DNA of 63,475 bases, the filler included, from Globobulimina sp. (lineage: Eukaryota), in NCBI GenBank assembly GCA_003354225.1. It is 34 parts of 34 records of this genome, joined end to end, with 100 filler letters (N's around TTAATTAATTAA, not from the genome) between each part and the next. Parts side by side here need not be neighbours in the genome. Positions count along the whole stretch, not along the records: positions 37,413 to 39,182 come from PIVH01012155.1; positions 39,283 to 41,051 come from PIVH01012156.1; positions 41,152 to 42,920 come from PIVH01012157.1; positions 43,021 to 44,789 come from PIVH01012158.1; positions 44,890 to 46,658 come from PIVH01012159.1; positions 46,759 to 48,527 come from PIVH01012160.1; 28 more parts are not named here. One strand, 5' to 3'. Below, one piece after another: positions 37,313 to 48,627 of the stretch. The notes under the pieces were generated by a model. It was not told where the DNA came from and made no database searches. It saw nothing but the letters and a program-made list of their open reading frames with translations. A program made the translations under genes and the position numbers. Every line of letters begins with the position of its first letter. Within the stretch, counting starts at the first letter, position 1.

Positions 37313-37635
37313 NNNNNNNNNNNNNNNNNNNNNNNNNNNNNNNNNNNNNNNNNNNNTTAATTAATTAANNNNNNNNNNNNNNNNNNNNNNNNNNNNNNNN
37401 NNNNNNNNNNNNACAAAGAAGAATTTTTTCACCCTGTTTTATTGACAGATTCAAATGAACACTGTGCAAGGATAATTCAGCCTGAATTCAAAGAATGGCA
37501 TGGAATGGAATGGAACTAAAACTATAAAACTACTCACTATGTAAAAAAAAAAAAACATAAATAGTAAAAACAATTTCACAATGCATACAAAAAAAAAAAT
37601 TAACACAACAGGCATTAACTGCTAATTAATTTACA

Positions 37636-39145
37636 TTACTTTTGAGTCCTGAATTGATACTTTTTATATGGTTTAGTATTCTTCTTATGGAGATTATCGT
37701 ATTTATTTTTCTCATCTTTCATTTGTTCCATTACATTTTTCATTTTCTCCATTTGCTCCAATAACACTGTATTCGCCACCTCTAAATTCTGAATTGATTG
37801 TGTTTTACTTACGACATTATTTGTTAATTGTTGTGATAAAAACTGCATTTCCTTCACATTGTTCACGTTATCAACGCTCAATTTATTATTATTATTATCG
37901 CTGTGACTCTTATCATTGATGTTATGGCAGTGATTCTCATTTACATTCTTCCAAAACGAAGCATTTAATTGAAGAGGAATTTCATTATCATTCACATGCG
38001 AAACACCAACAAAGTCACTATCCGCAACAGAATGCGATATATTGCGATTTAAACTGTTGACACTAACACTAAATTTCCTTTGTAATGCAAACGATCGCGA
38101 TTTCCTTCGTTGATTCCATTCTTTTAATTTATATCTTATCCTTTTCCCTCCCCGCATCTCTACACTTTCCTGCTGTTCTTGTTGTTTTTCTTCGTGTTTA
38201 CGCCCCATAGCCATATCATCGACGGCTTGCAATGCCTCCACCAATGATTGTTGCTTCCTCGCTAATGAGACAGAGAGTGTATCCACAGTCTGATGTAACT
38301 GCATATTATTCATTTTCAAGGTCTTTATAACTGCGCTAATATCCGTTGTCCCTGTTTCAGCACCGAGAGATTCTAATAATCCGTTGCATAATCTCTCCAT
38401 TTCGCACTTATGTTTTGTTGTTATTTCAGCAATATTCAAATTGTGTTCTTGCTTCATTTTTGTGCATACACTCTTTGCTTCATCCAATTCTGTGGGTTTT
38501 TTTTAATAAAACAACAATTATAACTATTAAAATATAAACCTGTTTTGATTGCAGTTCGTTGTTGACGTAAATGTTTGATACTGTTCCTGTCGTCGCCCAC
38601 AATGCTCCGCAACTTAATTACTTCTTCATTTAATGCTTTATTCTTGGCATTCAATTTAGTATTTGTTTCATTTAAACTTTCAATCTGTAATTTGTATGCA
38701 TCGTTTTCATTCAATAGCGATTGTGCTATTTCTTCAGTTTTTTTCCGTTTGGTGTGTTCTTTTAAATATTTATTTTGTAAACTTTTATTTTTATTATCTA
38801 ATATGTCCACAATCATTGAAGATGTGTCGTTTGTGAATGTGGTATCATTTGATAATGATCGGGTTGATATACGTCGTTTATATTGACTGCTGCGATCAAT
38901 ATCTGATGAAATACTCATTGAATTTTGTCTGATTGTAGTTGGCGATTCGGATGAGTTGGACGAGTTAGATGTTTCATTATTTATTTTCGGCGTTTTTTTT
39001 GCAGAATTTGCAGAATTTATAGTTCGTGTCTGATTTGCTTGAATATAAATTGTTTTTGCTGTGTTCCAATTTATTCCAAGTATTGGATCTGATTTAAATC
39101 GCTTACACACACTCTCATACATTCCTGGTGGGCATTTCTGTCATT
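37636..39145 (-). CDS. Coiled-coil protein (intron about 38490-38540)
   Basis: Two heptad-rich ORFs separated by a short GT-AG gap. Confidence 0.6.
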
Positions 39146-39284
39146 TTATTTAGTGATATATGATGCGGTGTAGCTTCGATACNNNNNNNNNNNNNNNNNN
39201 NNNNNNNNNNNNNNNNNNNNNNNNNNTTAATTAATTAANNNNNNNNNNNNNNNNNNNNNNNNNNNNNNNNNNNNNNNNNNNNTC

Positions 39285-39566
39285 ACTGTACAGAACTTAT
39301 TCTTCGGGAATCTTAGAACGATAAGGATTAATGGTCATTATACTGTCTTGCTAAAGAACGCTTCCGATCAGTTACAAGTAAGTACTCTGGCAAGACAACT
39401 TTATCCAAAGAATCAAAAATTCTTCCTTGAAAGTTATAAAGACGCCTGCAGCAAACCATATGGATACCTTTTGATTGATTTATCACCACAAACGGATGAT
39501 CAAATTAGACTTAGAACTAATATATTTCCTGGTGAAATCTGCTATACATATGTACCAAGAGTATAA
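39285..39566 (+). CDS. A32/FtsK-like packaging ATPase, C-terminal part
   Basis: TVQNLF..RTIRINGHYTVLLKN..D..Q...LARQLYP....F..SY.DA...PYGYLLIDL.P.T....RLRTNIFP is characteristic of Maverick ATPases. Confidence 0.88.
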   Translation, partial: TVQNLFFGNLRTIRINGHYTVLLKNASDQLQVSTLARQLYPKNQKFFLESYKDACSKPYGYLLIDLSPQTDDQIRLRTNIFPGEICYTYVPRV

Positions 39567-39595
39567 ATACAAACAAACACATTTACGGGATCATC

Positions 39596-39931
39596 ATGTC
39601 TGTTCGTCTGGAACGTAATTTAGATTTTTTGCGCGTTTTACGCAAAGCGAATCCAAAACAAAGAAAAGCTATTCTTGAGAGTTCTACAAATGATTTAGTG
39701 CTTTGTATATGCGAAATCATTGACAACGTACTACGAGGAAGTGTTAAACTGTCACCAAGTCAGAAAAAAGTTTTGCAAAAATACAGAAACATTCTTCGTC
39801 GGTTGAGTGAAAGGAAAGGTTCTATAAAAGCTAGACGAGAAATTTTGGTTCAAAAAGGAGGATTTCTTCCAGCGGTACTTGCACCTGTCTTAACTATAGC
39901 GGCAAGTCTTCTTAGCGCAGCACTAACCTAA
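39596..39931 (+). CDS. Small basic virion protein with adenovirus pX-like C-terminus
   Basis: Basic N-part, then LVQKGG|FLPAVLAPVLTIAASLL, resembling the adenoviral protease GG cleavage site and the amphipathic helix of adenovirus pX. Confidence 0.7.
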   Translation: MSVRLERNLDFLRVLRKANPKQRKAILESSTNDLVLCICEIIDNVLRGSVKLSPSQKKVLQKYRNILRRLSERKGSIKARREILVQKGGFLPAVLAPVLTIAASLLSAALT

Positions 39932-39933
39932 TT

Positions 39934-40686
39934 ATGGAGAATACAAGAAAAGTCGCACTTGTTCCTCAACATCTTCTTTCAAGTTTGCTGACTCAACAAC
40001 AATTGAACCCTGCGTCTGAACAAATGGTTAATTTGGATCAGGGTATGCAAACCATTCTTTCGAATACAAATCTTCCTGCAGATGTAAGGCACAAACAGTA
40101 CAATCAATTATTTCATCGTTACACCAATTTAAAAGAACAAGAACTTGAAAAACCATTCACAGTCACTATAAAGGAAAAGGAGTTACCTTTCGACCCTGTT
40201 GATGTAGTTGCCGGTTTACCTAGGCAATATAGAAACAAAGGTCACATTCTTCTTCGACATCTTAAGAAAAACCCACATATTGAATTTGACGCGAGAGGTC
40301 AGTTAATAATTGATGGTAAAACAGTCGACAATTCTAATGTCACTGATCTGGTTCATGAATTTGTCAGACCTTTGAGAAACACAGATCCTTCGGTAGGATG
40401 GAGACAATTTGCTCAGGCCTTGAACGAGGCAAATGTCCCCAAAGAAGCGATTGTTAACACAACAAGATATAATGCGGCCTTAGGACAGCAGGAACTTGAT
40501 ACATCAAGACCCAATATACAGCTTTGGGGTCGCCCTCAAAGTTCCCATTCATTCCTGCTTGAAAATGATCAACGTAGAGGCAGAACACAATCGAAATCGC
40601 CTCCGTCTGCTAGGAGTCGTAATCCTTCTAGGCCAAAACGAATAACAAAGACACCTCAGAGGTTTGGAGAGTGGCACGCCTGGTAA
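39934..40686 (+). CDS. Conserved Maverick/adintovirus hypothetical protein
   Basis: LDQGMQTIL..LP.DVRHKQYNQLFHRY and FDARGQLIIDG..V..SN..DL..F.RP.....GW..F...L...NVP; sits between pX-like and integrase genes. Confidence 0.65.
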   Translation: MENTRKVALVPQHLLSSLLTQQQLNPASEQMVNLDQGMQTILSNTNLPADVRHKQYNQLFHRYTNLKEQELEKPFTVTIKEKELPFDPVDVVAGLPRQYRNKGHILLRHLKKNPHIEFDARGQLIIDGKTVDNSNVTDLVHEFVRPLRNTDPSVGWRQFAQALNEANVPKEAIVNTTRYNAALGQQELDTSRPNIQLWGRPQSSHSFLLENDQRRGRTQSKSPPSARSRNPSRPKRITKTPQRFGEWHAW

Positions 40687-40729
40687 TCAGAATCTGCATA
40701 AATAAGATTATATAATATTTTTTGTCAAA

Positions 40730-41051
40730 ATGGAATCTGTATTGAAAAATGTGTATTACGATGTTGACAGCCCTGCATGTTATGGTGGGGTGTCAACTGT
40801 TTATAAGGAAGCGAAAAAAAGATTGAATAAAATTACTTTAAAAAATGTTAGAGAATTCCTTTCGAGGCAACAAACATATACTCTTCACAAACCAGTCAGA
40901 CGAAAATTCCCTAGGAACAAAATTGTAACTGCCGGTCTAGATGTGGATTGGCAATCTGACTTGGCTGACCTTACCGCGCTGAAAAGTTATAACAGTAATT
41001 ACTCATTCATCGTAATTTCTATTGATGTGCTCAGTCGTTTCGCATGGGCAA
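40730..41051 (+). CDS. Retroviral-type (rve) integrase of Polinton class, N-terminal part
   Basis: YYD..SPA.YGG...Y...K...I....V..FL..Q.TYTLHKP.RRKFPRN......D..WQ.DL.D......N....I...IDV.SRFAWA; includes the first catalytic Asp. Confidence 0.9.
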
Positions 41052-41151
41052 NNNNNNNNNNNNNNNNNNNNNNNNNNNNNNNNNNNNNNNNNNNNTTAAT
41101 TAATTAANNNNNNNNNNNNNNNNNNNNNNNNNNNNNNNNNNNNNNNNNNNN

Positions 41152-42587
41152 AACACAATTTTTTGTCGTTGCTATTGCTGTCCACGAGGTCAATCTGCAC
41201 AATTTTATTATGATATGAGGCATGGGGCCCTATTAACTGTGGGACATTTCATTGCAATGATGGTTTATTGTAATTTTGATGTTATGTATTATCTATATTT
41301 TCTTACATAACCAACATATATGTTTTCTTACAGAAGTTGCAACGCGAATTTTCAGAAACATATCGAAAAAATTCAGCGCAAGAAACCATTGAAGATATTA
41401 AAAGCAAACACCGCAATTATTGCAATTTTGGCCGTTTATTGAGAGAAATTGTGGAATGTTTTGGGATGAAACAGAGAAATTTTGGTGGGATATTTAAGGT
41501 ATATCATGGAGCAAATGGCAGTTTCTATTTTGATTCATTGTATGCTTTCATCAACATACCGTTTAGCACAACTCTCAATTATTCAGTTGCGGTCAACTTT
41601 GCAACACAGGGAACCATCATGGAACTGAATGTAGATACAACAGCATGGGGTATTCATTTCAGTGAAGGGGAAGAGGCTCGAAAAACACTCAGCTGCTTTG
41701 ATTGTAGCCTTGTCAGTGATTATCCGGCTGAAGAAGAAATTTTTTTCATCGGTGGGCAGCGGATGTTTCATTTTAATACGGTGATTCGAACTGATGTCTG
41801 TCAAAATTATGTTCGTTATATTCGTGGATTGTACCACATGACATCAGGAATGTTTAACGGAGTCGCAATGGAACATATTTGCTTATCTGAAACTCCATCA
41901 ACAAAGGAAGAGATACAATTGGTATTTAGACTGCTATCACATCAATTTTATAAACACGTACCTAACCATCCAGATGCTCATGAATTTAAATCTTGTCCGT
42001 TGCTCATTCGACAATTAATGGATTCTCATTGTAAACAGGTTGCGAGAATTAGATGTGATGAAATAATGCATAAAGCATTTCATTATTTTTTTACATTCGA
42101 TAATGACTGGATTAACTTAAATGACATCATGGCAATTTTCCCAAATACAAACACTATCGAATGGCATGGATATAGTAAGGATATTTTGTATGTAAAGAAG
42201 AATATTTCAGTAATATTTCAAAGTATATTAACGTTTATAAAAAAGGATTTGAATAAAATAAATGTAACAGGATACATTATCAAATTTGATCCCAAATTTG
42301 AAGCAGAGATAAAAGGGATGATCGCACCTTATTTGGATAAATTCAAACAGATTGGATGGGATATATCGTATGATTTTGAGATTGAATTTCAAGGATTGGC
42401 TTGGTCAAAGATGTTAACAGAAAAGTGTAGAACCAATCCTCTGGAAAGATTGATGTTTACTGAACAGTTTAAGAAACCAGACTATGCAAACGTATTTGCA
42501 CAACTACTTCCCCAAGAACTTTCCCCAAACGATGACGCTTTGAACAATCCAAGAACTTTAGCGGTTCGTATATACCATTGTCCATAG
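41152..42587 (+). CDS. ADP-ribosyltransferase-like domain protein (intron 41281-41333, 5' partial)
   Basis: MVYCNFD|KLQREFSETYR, VYHG, FSTT..YSVAVNFA..G.I.EL and SDYPAEEEIFF follow the ART/VIP2 motif order. Confidence 0.6.
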
Positions 42588-42641
42588 AAATATATCGTTT
42601 CTGAAAAAAGTATACAAAAATTTATTTTCGTTATTACACAG

Positions 42642-42920
42642 TTACAAAGCAATACCAAAAGCAACAAATTCATAAAAACAATTATATGATTTATGTCCAT
42701 GATTCTTATCAATTATCAACTTTATTAAATTTAATTGTTGGTCTTTCATTTCTTGAGTTGTTATGTTACTGTCAGTGATAAAATATTGATCATCTCTCGT
42801 TTGTTTAATTGCTGAAATATCTTTTGTAAATTGATACCATTTATTATTCTTAATACTTTCTTCATTTCCGAGCCATAAAGATATTTTTTTTATTCCTGAA
42901 CCAACCAACAACTTTTTATT
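42642..42920 (-). CDS. 3' end of a hypothetical protein
   Basis: Frame open from the contig edge to the stop at 42642. Confidence 0.4.
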   Translation of the reverse strand, partial: NKKLLVGSGIKKISLWLGNEESIKNNKWYQFTKDISAIKQTRDDQYFITDSNITTQEMKDQQLNLIKLIIDKNHGHKSYNCFYEFVAFGIAL

Positions 42921-43020
42921 NNNNNNNNNNNNNNNNNNNNNNNNNNNNNNNNNNNNNNNNNNNNTTAATTAATTAANNNNNNNNNNNNNNNNNNNNNNNN
43001 NNNNNNNNNNNNNNNNNNNN

Positions 43021-43248
43021 TGGTGCGTCATCCCTTGTACTTAATACACCCTCCCATGTTGTGTGTGGTTGCGGTGCGGCAAATCTGAAATCACCAATTG
43101 GTGGAGCTGCAAATGGTATGGATGACCATATGTTTGCGTAGTCATCACAATATCCTTGTATTGTTCCGTATATGGTATCAACATATAATGGATTTGTTTC
43201 AATGGCTAGAGCACAGAATGACAACATAAGTGACAAAGTCGAAGACAT
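43021..43248 (-). CDS. Carboxylesterase (type B) N-terminus with signal peptide
   Basis: MSSTLSLMLSFCALA..VDTIYGTIQG..IPFAAPPIGDFRFAAPQP..WEGV. Confidence 0.85.
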
Positions 43249-43267
43249 GGTGTAGTAGTTGAGTTTG

Positions 43268-44539
43268 TGAAATTGCGGGAACATTTCGAAAAATTGAATG
43301 CCTGAAATCCATGAAAACATACAGCCCAAACCAATGAAAAAAAGTGGAGCGTCCCAGCTGTTTCCATCTGAAGCAACCAACAACAACGAACAGCTCCAGA
43401 TTGAGCCCAAAATGTTGCTCACATTGGCAATGCTGGTGGTGATGAACCAAAAATTAAAAAATTCTAACTTGTCCATCAGAGTTAGATTTCGGAATTGTTC
43501 CTTTGATTTGGATTTTGCTAATTGGAATATAGCAATATGCTTAAAAACAGCCTTAATGTGCAAGAACTGCAACAGCAGCGACAGAAAACCTGACATATGC
43601 ATAAAAAGTACACGTTAAACCACTGAAATGTATATACATCGAAAGCAAAAATATTTACCTGTCGCAACTAAGAAAATTACCAAAGTGAATATCTGTCTGT
43701 CGATCAGTGATAAGTCATATTCCTCAGCACAAATATACACCGATGGGGCCATAGTTAGTTGGATACGGCCACGGTAATAAAAATCGTAATGTTCTTCGAC
43801 TGTGTCAACGTAACAGGTCCGATAACCATGGCTGAAGCCTAAGTTTTTAATTTCGAACTTTAACGTCATTGATATTAAACTATGTATCAATGTCAACTGC
43901 GAAGACTCATTAAATGGGCCATAATCAGTTGCATTTAATAAATCATATTGCTTCGTCATGGTGGAAGCATCGAAATTTTGTATGTCTGGATTGAATATTT
44001 GCGACGGATATTTGTATGATTTTAGTGACATGGTTGCTGGGTGGATTTGGGAAAGGATATACATATATTCGTAGTTGCCCACTACAGAGGTGTTTAGGGA
44101 GTAATATGTGGACACAAAGCTGGATAGACAGGACATGAAATCATCGATGGTATAGATGAAATATGTAGTTTTTGTGCCCACTGTATGGCTGTCGATTGAA
44201 TCAGGTATCAACATCGCTTGCCAGTTTTCGGTCTGTGCTCGTGAATAGGGAGTGATTGTGCCAGTGAATAAATATATGTTGGCGGTGGTGACGATGATTA
44301 ATAAAAGGGACAAAAGGAATTTCCATGGCGGCAGACCGTATATCTTCCATTTCTTGGAAGAGATTGTTAATTGAATATATTTAATGGTTTATGAATGTAA
44401 TTACTAATATTGTAAAATAAATAACTTGAAAAGGGCTTAGTTTTAGTCTCTCCCATGATGTCATTGGAGACCCACCAACATGAAAGCACCGTGAACAACT
44501 CACCCATCGTCCAGGACAAAGGTGTATGTGTCGGCACAT
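43268..44539 (-). CDS. Mucolipin (TRPML)-like channel, truncated after about S4
   Basis: LKLSPFQ|KWKIYGLPPWKF, large luminal loop, DKLEFFNFWF and FFIGLGCMFSWISGIQFF; introns about 44359-44425 and 43590-43658. Confidence 0.8.
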
Positions 44540-44889
44540 GATGCTACTTTGCTGAGTTTTTGAAACTTTTCGTTAAAAAAACTAAACTTTGACTCTTTCT
44601 CATCTTTTCCAAATCATAGTTTCGCAACAAGCCCAGTATATACTTTACCGACATCGAATATGTTATTTAAAAGTTTAGATTGTGTTAAATCATAAATAAT
44701 TTATATTATTAATAAAATTATGCAGTATCACTCACAATATTGATTGCTCGCTGTAGCGCTTCTGGATCAGGTAATTTATATATTATTTTNNNNNNNNNNN
44801 NNNNNNNNNNNNNNNNNNNNNNNNNNNNNNNNNTTAATTAATTAANNNNNNNNNNNNNNNNNNNNNNNNNNNNNNNNNNNNNNNNNNNN

Positions 44890-46327
44890 TATCGCATAAT
44901 AATACACATTCCTGCTGCTGGCAAGCAATTTGATGTTGATATTCAAGACACTGATCGCGGACACTCCATTCCAGTGATCACCCCCTCGAATGATGTGGGC
45001 ACAGAGCAAGATTCCAAGTTATTTTATTTGATAAAGGTGGGGAGATATATTGTAAAACAAGGTGTGTTACAAAAACAGCGTCAAACGTTCCGTACTTGGC
45101 CCGAGAGACATTGTGTATTACTGTCTGATATCTTCGACCCGACGTATATACAATTATGGACATTCTACAATCCACCACAACAATTAATTGATTTATATCA
45201 TGCTGATGCTCCAGATGTCCACCAGTTTGATATGAACCCATTTCAATATTATTTCAATGCCACAGAAGAATATCTCACACTACAACTCACAGAAATTGGC
45301 AACTCCCAGATTTCGAAATTTAGAACAAGAGCCTGGAAAACTGATGGTTGGAAAGACGCATTCGAGCAAATGCAGCATCAAACACAACATCATTTGCAAA
45401 GTGTACGCGATGCACAGCAACCACCACCTGCTCGATTTGATATTCCTTTCCCCGATGGATTTTATAAGATAGCATATGCTGATGGTTCAAAAGTATTAAC
45501 CATTGTTGCGGGTAGTCGCGAGGTGGGAGCATTATTAAAAGGTGACCGTGATCAGAGTGGCGATAACCAGATATTTGAGATAACTCATACGAGAAGCGAC
45601 TCATACAGAACAAGGATGGTATACAATTCAATGCAAACATAGTGGTTTATTTATACGTTTTGCTGACAAATGTATGGCAAGAAGTGGTAAACGACTATCT
45701 CAACAATACAGAAGTGGTAATGACAATCAATTATTTCGATTCGAACCAATGAGAGATGACAAGTATGAAATTGAGGCGAAAGCGGGTGGATGTTATTTGG
45801 AAGCCGGAGCGCACCCAATCTGGCCTGGTGGTTGGATTAAACGAGGATCAAGTCAGCAAGGAGTGGGTCGATGGGTGTTAAAAGCAGTGGGACATTCAGG
45901 GACGTTTCCACCTATAAATCGACCAACTGCGCACCCTACAATGGATGGACAGGACTGGTCGTGTGAAAATTGTGCGATATGGAATTGCAACGCAACTACG
46001 AAGTGTGCGGTATGTGACGGAGGTACAGGTGGAACAAGTTCTGGTGTGGATGGTGTTGCCACTGCCACTGCCGAATGGCCATGTGCACAGTGTACATTTA
46101 TAAACAAAGAGCAGGACCAGCGATGCCGTCGATGTCATTCCCAAAGAATTGCAGTACAACATCCTGTACCTAGCGCACCTTTAGCACCACAACATCCTGC
46201 ACCACCACAACATTTTTTCTTTTTAAATCCTGTACCACAACAGCCTGTACCTAGTGCACCTTTAGCATCACAACATCAACATCCTGCACCACCACAACAT
46301 CATCCTGTAGTACCACAATATGAATAG
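44890..46327 (+). CDS. Multidomain protein: PH-like + ricin-B lectin + two RanBP2-type zinc fingers + P/Q/H tail (possibly disrupted)
   Basis: IVKQGVLQKQ..TWPERHCVL (PH); GDNQIF and NDNQLF (ricin QxF); WSCENC..N..CAVC and WPCAQCTFIN..CRRC (RanBP2). Confidence 0.65.
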
Positions 46328-46758
46328 ACTGTTGGTTTGATAATAAACAAAACAATAAATAACGTGTGCATAAATTAATATTTATAACATAACCATCACA
46401 AAAAACATGACCTATTTAGATTATAAATTTTTAATGACAACTTTTTTCCAGCATCGATCCAATTTCATTTAATCCAATATTCTAAGGGCTCTCAACTGTT
46501 TTTTATTGTACGTATCCATATGGAATTAGACAGCAATTAGATTTTACATGAACCTGATCTTGATGAACAAATCAATATTTTTTTATCACATGAGATGAAA
46601 TGGCTCAATAAGTGGGTATTATATTTGCCAATATGGGCTACTCTCTCATCATCACGTCNNNNNNNNNNNNNNNNNNNNNNNNNNNNNNNNNNNNNNNNNN
46701 NNTTAATTAATTAANNNNNNNNNNNNNNNNNNNNNNNNNNNNNNNNNNNNNNNNNNNN

Positions 46759-48527
46759 AACACGTATTATACTCATCATTCATGCTATTGATGGATAGTA
46801 ATTTTTCAATCACCACACAGGATTCCACGAACAACGAGTCACAAAATAATAAGGTCAACAGTTCAATGGTATCATCTTCATCCAATCTGTCCAAATATTG
46901 CTGTTTCCGCAAATGTAACTTGTCACATTCGCCAGAAATGGACAAATAAGGACAATTTCCGTCAGATATTCCAAACGGGTTCCAAAAGGGACATATATTG
47001 CCATTGTCATTCATACTCTCATTTTCTTCCTTAATCACGTGCTGTTTTGCCGTTTTCCGCTTTGTTTTCTGCGCTAATTTGTTTTGTATGGACCGAGAGC
47101 GAATGCGAGAAAAAGCATCAGTGCCAACAGCACGCGGTGTCATCATATCCATGTCCGATATCACGGAGTTATCATCCAATGATTTCTGCTCATTTGCGAG
47201 CGCTGCGAAGTTATCATGCAAATATGTCTCCACTTCGTCATGAATAATCATCGTATGGTTGCTGTCATTGTTATTGTGTGCATTCGCATGGAGATTATTG
47301 GAGCGTGGCCTCGTTATGGATAACTTGTGTGTTTTCGCACCGTTATCTTGATGGAGCTGTGGCAAACCATTTAAAGTGGCTCTTCCATTGGTAATTGAAT
47401 CATCATTTGGACCGCCGACAGTTGGCTCAGTCTCACATTCGCGATGTTCATTGTACATATCTTCAATGTCTGTATCTTCAGCCTCGGAGTCCAACTCTCT
47501 ATGTATTGTGTATACAAATTGTTATTTAACTAATTTGCACAAAAAACGTTTCTTTGAAAATTGAAACTGAACTGATTGGAGACTTTATATTTGATTTTCT
47601 TTTTTTTCTTCTTCTTTTTAGCCTTTTGAGTCGGCGTAGAATCACTTTTTGAACGTTGCCGTCCAAACAAAAACCGCGACGACGCCTTATTGTCATTGGA
47701 GTCACGCGAACCGACACAAAGCAGCCCGTCATTGGGTGTGGGTGGCAATGATGGCGGTGTGGCGGATAAAAGTTGTTCCAAATCGTCTGATTTGTGTTGT
47801 GTTTTCCGGATGGAATGTTGTAGACTTTTTAACTTTTGTACGGCGGGATCATTCAAGTTATAATTCTGATAATAATCCTGCAACGAAAGGCCATATTCGC
47901 CATCCTTCGTAATATCGCCTTGTGAGCGGTTCTTACGTAGCGGATTCGACACTGTTTTCGTATGCGAAGGCTCAGAATTATATGAACGATGATTCATTAA
48001 TGTGTGCGGTTTTCCTGTTACTTTTGCGTTTTGAGGGAAGAAATGCTGCGCCACATTGCAGTGCAGTGGCGATCGCGAAGTAGAATGCCGTTCATATGCA
48101 TCATTGACCGGTGATAAGGCCGAGGATACATTACTTTCGCTGGTCTGTTGTGAATATGCAGGCACTGACATTTGTAGGTTGCTGTCCAATGAAATATGTT
48201 CCTTAATATGTGGGGACTGTGCAGAACTATGCGACGCATCCAACTGTTTTCTACGTGATGGCGGCGGTGGTGGTATGGGTCTGTTTTTAGCGAAGAAAAC
48301 ATCTTCGAATCGTTTGGCACTGTTTGGTCGGTTTTTGGGTGGTTTACATTTGTTTTTGTTTGTTTTTTTCAGCGAATTGAATGCCTTTTCTCTCTTTTTC
48401 TTTTTTTTCTTGCTCTGTGAACTGCTGTAACTGTTTGAATTGCTGTTGGAGGGAATGACATTGATTCTGTTTTTTTTTAAGAGCTTTTTAATGTGATCGG
48501 GGGTCACAAATATGGCACATTTCGAAG
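46759..48527 (-). CDS. Low-complexity protein with CCCH-like zinc finger (partial, intron about 47500-47556)
   Basis: Two ORFs; CPFW..CPY..CDKLH near the C-terminal end. Confidence 0.5.
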
Positions 48528-48627
48528 NNNNNNNNNNNNNNNNNNNNNNNNNNNNNNNNNNNNNNNNNNNNTTAATTAATTAANNNNNNNNNNNNNNNNN
48601 NNNNNNNNNNNNNNNNNNNNNNNNNNN

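Larger units (their letters stand above)
39283..41051 (+). mobile_element. Polinton/Maverick (adintovirus-like) element fragment
   Basis: Whole contig is four tightly packed, intronless, co-oriented ORFs (ATPase, pX-like, ORF, integrase), less AT-rich than its neighbours. Confidence 0.9.

Noticed and set aside
39283-42587. Operon-like linkage of the viral module with the ART-like gene or other neighbours
   Set aside because: They are on separate contigs; adjacency reflects sorting by length only.
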